From IMG/VR virus record IMGVR_UViG_3300002026_000003: a stretch of 64,000 bases of DNA. One strand, given 5' to 3'. Both the position numbers and the translations under genes were made by a program. Below, in pieces: positions 53,685 through 60,668 of this stretch. This DNA is from a virus. How positions within the stretch are numbered: the stretch's first letter is position 1; each line of letters starts with the position of its first letter. Under the pieces are notes generated by a model. The model worked only from the letters and a program-made list of their open reading frames with translations. It searched no databases and was not told the origin of the DNA.

Positions 53685-55340
53685 ATGGACATAACTAGCA
53701 GTCACGCACAACGCCATTCTGAAAGAGACTTTTCAGTGAAGTTCTCCACGTACGTAGATTCGGGGGCAGGGATCATCCATGTGCGCACCAATGAGATAAT
53801 CCGCGCATCTATTGCCGTACGTACTCAGGCCATTCTGGATAACGGAACGGTCAAGGAGTGGGATGTAGTTAATGGTTTCCGTACCTACACCAAGGATAAT
53901 GTAGATAACGTACTGATTGCAGGCGATGCCAATATTGACATTGGCTCTGCCTTCTCTTCCCCGTTGGATCAGTTGCGCAATTCATCCAGCGAGGATGGTG
54001 TGTTTTACTTCGTCTATGTAAATCCCCATGTATTCATGGAGAACAACCCGACACTGACACAATTGCTTATTACCTATAGCCATGCACTACCATCCAAGAA
54101 TGTAATTGTGGTATTGATTACTCCAGATGCACCATTACCTACTGAGGTAGATGCGAATATCCTCTCTATCCATTTTGAGCCACCCGGACTAGGTGAGTTG
54201 AAGGACGCGCTCAGCGGTATCCTAGACGGGGTTAGCGGAGACTTTGAGGATGGAGTGGACATGGACGAAGCTGCCGTAGAGAAAGTATGCTACGTTGGCG
54301 CAGGTATGACTAAGAACCACTTTGAGATGTATGCTGCTTTGTCTATAGTAGAGGCGGGTCGCGCTGGCAAGGATTCAGTCAATGTCGATGACCTTATCAA
54401 AGGCGTATCGATAGGCAAGACTGATGTAGTCAACTCCAACGATATCTTAGAACTGTATCCCTCCACCGATATCAATAACGTAGGCGGTCTGGAGAACTTG
54501 AAGGATTGGGTACAGAAACGGCGTAGCTGCTACTCGGATGCGGCTAAGGACTTTGGTATTGAGCCACCTAAGGGAGTGGTCTTGGTAGGCCCTCCCGGTA
54601 CTGGCAAGAGTCTTATCGCCAAGGCTATCTCATCTGAGCTTGGGGTTCCTCTAGTACGTCTAGACTTTGGGCGGGTATTCAACTCGCTGGTAGGGGCCTC
54701 AGAGCAACGCATGAGAACGGCGCTGAAGATGGTAGAGATGATGAGTCCTTGCGTACTATTCTGCGACGAGATAGACAAGGGTCTAGGCGGCATTGGCGGT
54801 AGCGGGGATAGCGGTACCAGCAACAGGGTACTAGGCTCGTTCCTTACTTGGCTACAGGACTGCCAGCATCCAGTATTTGTCATGGTAACTGCCAACAACG
54901 TAACAGGACTTCCGCCAGAGATGCTTCGCCGTGGCCGCTTTGATGCTATCTTCTCTACGTCTTTGCCTAACTCTAAAGACAGGCGCGAGGTACTACGCAT
55001 CCATCTGAAGTTGCGTAAGCGTAAGCTGGAGAGCTTTAATAAGGACGACGTTAATGAGATTGTTAATCTCTCTGAAGGATATGTACCCGCAGAGATTGAA
55101 TCTGCCGTAAAGGATGCTCTGGTTGACGCGTACAATGCGGACGAAGAGATGGGTATGCAGCATGTCAAGAAAGCATTACTGTCTATGGTTCCGTTGTCTA
55201 AGGCCTTCGCTAGACAGATTCAGGAAATGAATGAGTGGGCAAAAGCAAACGCAACGCCGGCAGGCATCGACTCAAGTTCTGCTACAGAGACAAAGGTAGC
55301 AAATGCTCGGCGTGTCAGTACTAGGAGCAGGGCGAGATAA
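53685..55340 (+). CDS. AAA+ ATPase (classic AAA, Ycf46/FtsH-like module)
   Basis: GVVLVGPPGTGKSLIAKA (Walker A), VLFCDEIDK (Walker B), TANNVTGLPPEMLRRGRFD (SRH/Arg fingers). Confidence 0.85.
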   Translation: MDITSSHAQRHSERDFSVKFSTYVDSGAGIIHVRTNEIIRASIAVRTQAILDNGTVKEWDVVNGFRTYTKDNVDNVLIAGDANIDIGSAFSSPLDQLRNSSSEDGVFYFVYVNPHVFMENNPTLTQLLITYSHALPSKNVIVVLITPDAPLPTEVDANILSIHFEPPGLGELKDALSGILDGVSGDFEDGVDMDEAAVEKVCYVGAGMTKNHFEMYAALSIVEAGRAGKDSVNVDDLIKGVSIGKTDVVNSNDILELYPSTDINNVGGLENLKDWVQKRRSCYSDAAKDFGIEPPKGVVLVGPPGTGKSLIAKAISSELGVPLVRLDFGRVFNSLVGASEQRMRTALKMVEMMSPCVLFCDEIDKGLGGIGGSGDSGTSNRVLGSFLTWLQDCQHPVFVMVTANNVTGLPPEMLRRGRFDAIFSTSLPNSKDRREVLRIHLKLRKRKLESFNKDDVNEIVNLSEGYVPAEIESAVKDALVDAYNADEEMGMQHVKKALLSMVPLSKAFARQIQEMNEWAKANATPAGIDSSSATETKVANARRVSTRSRAR

Positions 55341-55350
55341 GGAGGCAAAA

Positions 55351-55366
55351 ATGCAATCGATTGCAA
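55351..55366. repeat. motif copy 23
   Basis: ATGCAATCGATTGCAA (1 mismatch). Position 1-3 is the start codon (MQSIAI). Confidence 0.8.
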
Positions 55367-55959
55367 TTGGTTATGGCAAAGTGACTTTCTCTACGGCATC
55401 CGCGACACTCGCGGGTTTCGTAGTGGAGGCCCCTTTCATCCGCACACTAACGTCAAAGAAGCTGCCTAAGATAGGCGGCACTATGCGTATCCCGGTAAGC
55501 AGCCATCCTGAGATTGATGGTTGGTTGTTTCAGGACACGGTACATGCACCTGACGGCACTATCGTTATGGTGCAGATGCAGTACAAGTACAGAGGTTCTG
55601 GTTTGCGGGATGGGGCTATATTCGTACGTACCCGTACTGAGGGTAGCGGATTGTTGATTGCGGCTAAACTACCAAGTGATCCGCGCTCTACTATGGGTAC
55701 TAATAGGCATCCGCTATTCGCAGGGTGGGGCGATATTATGACGGTAGAAGAACTAGCTAAGTGCGGTATTGAGCCTCCCAAGAATTTTATCAGCGCATTC
55801 ATGGAGCCTGAGGAAATCGATGAGTGCTTTGACATAACGGTTACCAGACCCCCAGTATCACTACCTCCCTTGGAAGAGACCAGAGTTTCATCAAGTGGGG
55901 AAGAAGTGACGATACGGATAACCCGTACTCAGCGTAGAATGCGTATTCGTAGGACGTAG
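55351..55959 (+). CDS. hypothetical protein (202 aa)
   Basis: ATG 55351 follows AAGGAGG, so the track start at 55303 was rejected. The start codon and first 5 codons (MQSIAI) are motif copy 23. Confidence 0.6.
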   Translation: MQSIAIGYGKVTFSTASATLAGFVVEAPFIRTLTSKKLPKIGGTMRIPVSSHPEIDGWLFQDTVHAPDGTIVMVQMQYKYRGSGLRDGAIFVRTRTEGSGLLIAAKLPSDPRSTMGTNRHPLFAGWGDIMTVEELAKCGIEPPKNFISAFMEPEEIDECFDITVTRPPVSLPPLEETRVSSSGEEVTIRITRTQRRMRIRRT

Positions 55960-55960
55960 A

Positions 55961-55998
55961 CATACAGATTTGACAAAGAAATCTATATGTGCGATAAT
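55961..55998 (+). promoter_or_regulatory. strong sigma70-type promoter upstream of DUF1257/DUF2997 genes
   Basis: TTGACA (55970-55975)-17 nt-GATAAT (55993-55998). About 28 nt are near-identical to the element at 63344-63381. Confidence 0.6.
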
Positions 55999-56028
55999 AC
56001 CTAGTGCGGTAATTTTAAGGAGAGGCAT

Positions 56029-56475
56029 ATGAGCCATACTACAGAAGTGAATGATATCGTATTCTCTGATATCGAAGCGTTGAAAGCAGCAGTGAATGAA
56101 CTTAACACTAGAGGAGTTAAGTGCAGTCTAGTTAAGGGCGGCACCCCACGCGCTTACTACCAGAACCAGCAAGGTATGGGCGCTGCGGATTACACGCTTC
56201 AGTTGGCTGACTCCCCGTACGATATTGGTTTCTATCGGGACAACGCTAAGAAAGGCCTTGTAGCCCGTACTGATCTTTTCATGGGTCACGTATCACGGTT
56301 ACTTGGTGCGCAAGGCCAGACCGGGGAGAAAGCAGAACAGGCAGCACTAGGTAAGCTTTACCAGACCTACGCAATTCATGCCGCTACGCGTAAAGCAGTG
56401 CAGCAGGGTATGTCAGTAAAGCGGGTGAATAATTCGGACGGTAGCGTACGTCTTGTGGTTGGGGGTATTCGATAA
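56029..56475 (+). CDS. DUF1257-like protein
   Basis: MSHTTEVNDIVFSDIEALKAAVNELN...YDIGFYRD follows the remembered DUF1257 pattern (MSH..I...I.D...L..AL..L ... YDIGF). Confidence 0.55.
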   Translation: MSHTTEVNDIVFSDIEALKAAVNELNTRGVKCSLVKGGTPRAYYQNQQGMGAADYTLQLADSPYDIGFYRDNAKKGLVARTDLFMGHVSRLLGAQGQTGEKAEQAALGKLYQTYAIHAATRKAVQQGMSVKRVNNSDGSVRLVVGGIR

Positions 56476-56675
56476 TGGCTAAGCAGATCGTAATTGATAT
56501 TACCCCTGCCGGATCGGTAAAGGTAGATGCTCAGGGGTTCAATGGAGTTGGGTGTGACAAGGCCACTGAGATGATCGAGATTGCCATCGGTGGGGCTGGC
56601 GTAAAGAAGAAGACTAAGAAGCCTGAGTACTACGCACCGGCAGGACAAAAGGCATCCAATAAACTAGCGTTTTAA
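56475..56675 (+). CDS. DUF2997-like protein
   Basis: KQIVIDITPAGSVKVDAQGFNGVGCDKATEMIEIAIG follows the remembered DUF2997 pattern. TAATG coupling to the DUF1257-like gene. Confidence 0.55.
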   Translation: MAKQIVIDITPAGSVKVDAQGFNGVGCDKATEMIEIAIGGAGVKKKTKKPEYYAPAGQKASNKLAF

Positions 56676-56685
56676 GGGGTATAAC

Positions 56686-57081
56686 ATGGGCGAACTGGTC
56701 ATAGCTTTTGAGGTTGATGGTAGGCTGGAGGCGTTGCACTTAGACAAGTTTGATCTTGGCTTCCTTGGTGCTAAAAGTATTGCTAGGCAGTCAAGCATTG
56801 TCTGGAATGAGATGGCCCAGAATTGGGCTATACATTACCACGCTGGCGAGGAACGGGTTATGCACGAAAACCTAGACGGCTTCTCTGGGTATGATGAAGC
56901 GCGTGAGTTTGAGGTGCTATGGCTTAACAACTGTAGGCTGTATCAAGTAACCCCGGAAAGCTACCTAGGCCTTATGTACGCCGGCTACCTACGGTATGGT
57001 GATAAAACAGAGTGCTTCACCCTACCTGACGGTTCTTGTATAGGCGAAGCTTGCATGCACTGCGTTACCCATAAGACGTAG
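56686..57081 (+). CDS. hypothetical protein with C-terminal Cys cluster (131 aa)
   Basis: ORF track. C-terminus is CFTLPDGSCIGEACMHCVTHK. Confidence 0.55.
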   Translation: MGELVIAFEVDGRLEALHLDKFDLGFLGAKSIARQSSIVWNEMAQNWAIHYHAGEERVMHENLDGFSGYDEAREFEVLWLNNCRLYQVTPESYLGLMYAGYLRYGDKTECFTLPDGSCIGEACMHCVTHKT

Positions 57082-57084
57082 TGC

Positions 57085-57120
57085 AAAAAAATCCCCACCG
57101 AGATTTCTCTCAAGGTGGGG
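57085..57120 (-). terminator. hairpin that reads as an intrinsic terminator only on the minus strand
   Basis: AAAAAAAT-CCCCACC-(14 nt)-GGTGGGG. On the minus strand the 7-bp GC stem is followed by ATTTTTTT. No T-run follows it on the + strand. Confidence 0.3.
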
Positions 57121-57177
57121 TAATAGGGAGGAGGACTTGCAAGCAGTAGTGTATAACATAACCGGGGTACTTGCAAC

Positions 57178-58614
57178 ATGGCATCATTTGCGTATCAGGT
57201 AGAAGAAAAGAAAAAACGTGGTAGACCAGCAAAACGAATAGATAAACGGGTACGTAGCTATAAAGACATAGTAGCGGCACTGCCGCCAGAAGTAGGGAGC
57301 AAGCTGGTATTCAGTAGGGAAGTATTCGTCAAGTCATATGATCTGACGAAATGGTTGCGCGTATATGGCTTAGGGGTACTGAACCCGCAGGAGTTCTTGC
57401 TATTGCACTTCATATTCTCCCGCACTCTGCATTACGGAAAGCTAGCAGAGATGATTACGAAGGATCATTTTCTTCGTGGAGTATGGAGCGGCGATGAAGT
57501 TGTCTGCATGCCAATACGCACAAACCCAAACACACTGTACAAAACCATACGCAGTCTAGAAGAAAAAGGACTGATAACGGTAACCCCGATCCACCTACAG
57601 GGCCGTGACTTGCCCACTTTGTACGAAATTGCAATCGATTTCATTTTAGGTTTGCGTCCTAGTGAGGAATATATGAGCAAGCTTCGACAGCCCAAAGTAA
57701 AGAAAACTGCCGATGTTGTAGATTTTGAGGCCTTTAGGGCAGCAAAAATGGGCCTAATTGGTGGTACCAATTCGTACCACCTAGACGACAAACAGGTGGT
57801 ACCAATTCGTACCACAAATATAAGTAATATAAAAACAGAAGATAATAAAGTATTAGTTGCGTCGGCTTCGCCTAGCAACGAAGTCGCTTTGCGAGTGCGT
57901 AGAAAACCAAGAGCATCAAGCGGTTTTGAAATTGATTGCAATGCAAGTGCGCGAGATGTAATCAATCTTACTATCGAACGCAGTACTGCGAAGCGAGAGG
58001 CTAAGGTAGTACGGGCAGCGCAGGGAAGCGCGGTAGCGCTAGCTGATCTTAACGCTACTTGGAAGAAAGCCATGATTGCTGAATTCGGTACATGCACCGT
58101 TGCGGGGCTTACAGTTAAAGAGTTTGGCATGTTCAAGAGAATAGTAAAGACGCACGAGATAGCTTGCACATGGCTGGAGTTCTTTACTTGGGTAATTGGT
58201 AACTGGACACGCATAAACCGCGAGAGTCGTGAGTTCAACGAGTACAGGAAGAAAAAGAGTGGAGAATGGTCTATGAAGCAGGAGGACATGGTATTTCTAG
58301 GGAGCGAAGTACCTGACCTATTTATGACCATCAAAAACTTTGGAAAGCTTATTAAGCGCTATTCACAGCATTCGCTAGGTGTAGTAGTAGCTGGTAAGCG
58401 CGAAGATACTGAGGAAGTTAAACAGCTACGGCAGGAGCTAGCCTCTGCGCGTAAGGAGGCATCAACTAGCCAGCACCTACTAAGAAAGGCTATGACTGCG
58501 CGAGAGGAAAAGCCTGTAGCTAGAGTTGCGCCTAAGGTAAAGGCTAGAATAGTAAATCCAGACGTAGATACGTTCTTTGATGAACCTACGGAAACTTTGC
58601 CGAGGTGGAAATGA
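57178..58614 (+). CDS. putative replication initiator (winged-helix, O/DnaD-like)
   Basis: Basic N-terminus KKKRGRPAKR. LLLHFIFSRTLHYGK...NTLYKTIRSLEEKGLITV is winged-helix-like. Lies upstream of the helicase and contains iterons, an AT-rich tract and two motif copies. No obvious SD before the ATG. Confidence 0.5.
   Translation: MASFAYQVEEKKKRGRPAKRIDKRVRSYKDIVAALPPEVGSKLVFSREVFVKSYDLTKWLRVYGLGVLNPQEFLLLHFIFSRTLHYGKLAEMITKDHFLRGVWSGDEVVCMPIRTNPNTLYKTIRSLEEKGLITVTPIHLQGRDLPTLYEIAIDFILGLRPSEEYMSKLRQPKVKKTADVVDFEAFRAAKMGLIGGTNSYHLDDKQVVPIRTTNISNIKTEDNKVLVASASPSNEVALRVRRKPRASSGFEIDCNASARDVINLTIERSTAKREAKVVRAAQGSAVALADLNATWKKAMIAEFGTCTVAGLTVKEFGMFKRIVKTHEIACTWLEFFTWVIGNWTRINRESREFNEYRKKKSGEWSMKQEDMVFLGSEVPDLFMTIKNFGKLIKRYSQHSLGVVVAGKREDTEEVKQLRQELASARKEASTSQHLLRKAMTAREEKPVARVAPKVKARIVNPDVDTFFDEPTETLPRWK
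57629..57644. repeat. motif copy 24
   Basis: TTGCAATCGATTTCAT (1 mismatch). Inside the initiator gene (EIAIDFI), 116 nt upstream of iteron 1. Confidence 0.8.
57760..57780 (+). repeat. iteron 1 (21-bp perfect direct repeat)
   Basis: GGTGGTACCAATTCGTACCAC, containing GGTAC-N6-GTACC inverted arms. Confidence 0.85.
57795..57815 (+). repeat. iteron 2 (21-bp perfect direct repeat)
   Basis: Identical GGTGGTACCAATTCGTACCAC 35 nt downstream of iteron 1, so it is translated in a different frame. Confidence 0.85.
57816..57856 (+). other. AT-rich tract adjacent to iterons (candidate DNA-unwinding element)
   Basis: aaatataagtaatataaaaacagaagataataaagtattag. Much more AT-rich than the surrounding coding sequence. 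Confidence 0.5.
57926..57941. repeat. motif copy 25
   Basis: TTGAAATTGATTGCAA (1 mismatch). Inside the initiator gene (FEIDCN), about 70 nt downstream of the AT-rich tract. Confidence 0.75.
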
Positions 58615-59174
58615 GCAACGATCTTATAGTACAGCAACTCCGCAATGCGGGGATACCTAGCGAAGCTCTAAAGACCACGCTTCCTAAAGAGGGGCTGGTA
58701 GAGATGCGTGAGTACGTAGACACTGAGGCGTACAAAGAGAAGAGGATTGTGCATATACATGCTTCTTCTACTAGGACTACCCAGTACGTCGAGAAAGCTG
58801 AGCTTGCTTTCTATCTGCTAGCTAAGGAACTTGCCCTCATGGGTGAGGACGTATATTGCTGCGACCTAGTGGATATACACACCGCACTATTTAAGGAGAC
58901 TGACGAGGCGTACGCTATTGCTAGTAGGGTGTATGACAAGTCTTCTGGCTTTATAGCGATAAGGCATTTCCATGATAGGGGAGGTAGGGTGGATCAGTTT
59001 ATGACACCCTACGAGATTGCTTACTTTACCTCGTGGCTGATTAGGCGCTATCAAGACGGGGCAGGGTTCATACTACTAGGTGCATCACCAATAATGGATG
59101 CTATTGATTGGTGGCCGGCATCCTTCATGGGGTACTTGCGTAGTAGGTCATTAGCTTTTGAGGTGAGAAAATGA
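58611..59174 (+). CDS. hypothetical replication-module protein (187 aa), possible helicase loader
   Basis: ATGA overlap at 58611-58614, so the track's GTG start at 58605 is less likely. Assigned by position between initiator and helicase only. Confidence 0.45.
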   Translation: MSNDLIVQQLRNAGIPSEALKTTLPKEGLVEMREYVDTEAYKEKRIVHIHASSTRTTQYVEKAELAFYLLAKELALMGEDVYCCDLVDIHTALFKETDEAYAIASRVYDKSSGFIAIRHFHDRGGRVDQFMTPYEIAYFTSWLIRRYQDGAGFILLGASPIMDAIDWWPASFMGYLRSRSLAFEVRK

Positions 59175-60451
59175 GCGATGGGTTAAAGCTACTAGGGGCG
59201 ATAATAGATACAGGCAGCGTACATACGCTACGTGATCTACAGGAAGAAATATTCATCGAAGAGGAAGTAGCGCTGTATGCGATGATGCGTAGGCACTATC
59301 GCAGATACGGGCAGATACCTGCCATAGCGACGGTAGAAGAGGAACTAGGTATTACGATACCTGAGGCCCCAGAGACCGTAGATTATTACATAAAGAGGGT
59401 ACATGACCGGCGTCTATACAGTGTCATAAGAGAGAAGTTTAATTCACTGAAAGAAAGCCTGCGAGACTTCGACATGGATAGGTCGAAGGATTTGATTGAC
59501 GAGATGCGCCTAGCTACTCGTGTAAATCACAGTAACTCAGACATACGTTCCTTAAGCGAGGCCTCTGTAGACGTACTACGCGAGTACGACTATGCCCACG
59601 AAAACCCCGGTGTGTCTGGCGTACCTACGGGATGGGTTAGATTCGATAACCGAGTAGGTGGGTACCAGCCGGGGGATTTAGTATCGTGGGTGGCTAGACC
59701 TAACATGGGTAAGACGTACATCATGCTGAAGCAGGCATCGGCGGCTTGGCAGTTTGGGTATAGTGTATTGGTAGTAACTATGGAGATGACTATCGAACAG
59801 ATAGCTAGACGAGTGAATGCCATACAGGCTGGTCTTAATCCAGACTTTATCAGGAAGGGTACTCTATCGCAGTATGCCCGTAACCGCTTACAAAACTATG
59901 TCGATACGATGGTGGGGGCTGAAAGATTCAAGATGTTCTCAGGTGGCCTACGTAAGAAGGTTAGCGACATAGAGGTACTTATTCAGGAGTACAACCCAGA
60001 CATAGTATTTATTGATGGCGTGTACATGATGCAACCTGAGTCGAAGAGAGCAACGTCGAAGGTAGAGAAGGTCTCTGAAGTCTATGACGAGCTTAAGAAG
60101 CTAACGCTAGCGCACAACATACCTGTAGTAGTAACCACACAGTTTAACCGTACGGCAGGAAAGAAAGGTAAGGAAGGGTCACTAGAGAACATAGCCTTCA
60201 GTGACGCTATCTCTACACACAGTTCACTAGTAATATCGCTCAGAGAAGGGGAAGGATCAGACCTCATAAAGAAAACTCAGCGCATAGCTACGTTTCTTAA
60301 AGGACGCGAGGGTGAGGAGGGAGACTTCAAGCTGCACTATAGTTTCTCGCCTATCAACTTCGATGAGGTATTCAATCCAGAAACTGATAGCGAAAACGGA
60401 GATGGGATAATAATACAGCAGACACAAAGAAACGTAGACTTCACTGTTTAA
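59171..60451 (+). CDS. replicative DNA helicase (DnaB-like)
   Basis: SGVPTGW..FD...GG..PGDLV.W.ARPNMGKTYIMLKQA (Walker A), IVFIDGVYMM (Walker B-like), VVTTQFNR. Confidence 0.8.
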   Translation: MSDGLKLLGAIIDTGSVHTLRDLQEEIFIEEEVALYAMMRRHYRRYGQIPAIATVEEELGITIPEAPETVDYYIKRVHDRRLYSVIREKFNSLKESLRDFDMDRSKDLIDEMRLATRVNHSNSDIRSLSEASVDVLREYDYAHENPGVSGVPTGWVRFDNRVGGYQPGDLVSWVARPNMGKTYIMLKQASAAWQFGYSVLVVTMEMTIEQIARRVNAIQAGLNPDFIRKGTLSQYARNRLQNYVDTMVGAERFKMFSGGLRKKVSDIEVLIQEYNPDIVFIDGVYMMQPESKRATSKVEKVSEVYDELKKLTLAHNIPVVVTTQFNRTAGKKGKEGSLENIAFSDAISTHSSLVISLREGEGSDLIKKTQRIATFLKGREGEEGDFKLHYSFSPINFDEVFNPETDSENGDGIIIQQTQRNVDFTV

Positions 60452-60467
60452 TTGAAATCGATTTCAA
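60452..60467. repeat. motif copy 26
   Basis: TTGAAATCGATTTCAA (exact, perfect palindrome of the A/T type). Intergenic; AAGGAG and ATG 60480 follow. Confidence 0.9.
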
Positions 60468-60479
60468 AAAGGAGCTTGT

Positions 60480-60668
60480 ATGTCTTTTAACACACACTTA
60501 CTCAGCATGGAAGAGGTATGGTTTGCTAGAGAGCATCCATACGATATCAAGGTAGTTGGTGTAAAAAAGTTGGTTGCTGAAATAGAGGATATGGAAGACG
60601 CGCTGAAGGATAAGCATGACCAGCTTAAGGTGGCAGTAGGTGAAATGACTACAAGGATGAAAAAATGA
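60480..60668 (+). CDS. hypothetical protein (62 aa)
   Basis: AAGGAG upstream, preceded by motif copy 26. ATGA overlap with the polymerase start. Confidence 0.5.
   Translation: MSFNTHLLSMEEVWFAREHPYDIKVVGVKKLVAEIEDMEDALKDKHDQLKVAVGEMTTRMKK

Noticed and set aside
359-55826. Partial motif matches, for example 359-375 (TTGCAATGAGCAATCAA), 10428-10440 (GCAATCGAAG), 14634-14646 (ATCGATTAGC), 52803-52818 (ACAATCGATCAACA) and 55808-55823 (GGAAATCGATGAG).
   Set aside because: Each has one half-site or fewer plus the core, with 5 or more mismatches to the 16-mer. This is compatible with chance given the ATCGAT and TTGCAA frequencies.
2190-55959. Recurrent Arg-rich termini (VRVRR, KRVRR, RSRAR, RMRIRRT) in several unrelated ORFs as a shared targeting signal.
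   Set aside because: Several arise because the SD of the next gene (AGGAG/GGAGG) is embedded in the last codons and is read as Arg/Gly/Glu. The remainder are too short and heterogeneous to support a motif.
2192-58610. Upstream-extended start codons given in the track (2192, 5809, 12954, 14266, 37457, 49306, 50114, 50902, 55303, 58605).
   Set aside because: In each case a downstream in-frame ATG has a proper SD or an ATGA/TAATG coupling and removes a long overlap with the preceding gene. I used 2237, 5863, 12969, 14278, 37532, 49369, 50141, 50935, 55351 and 58611 instead.
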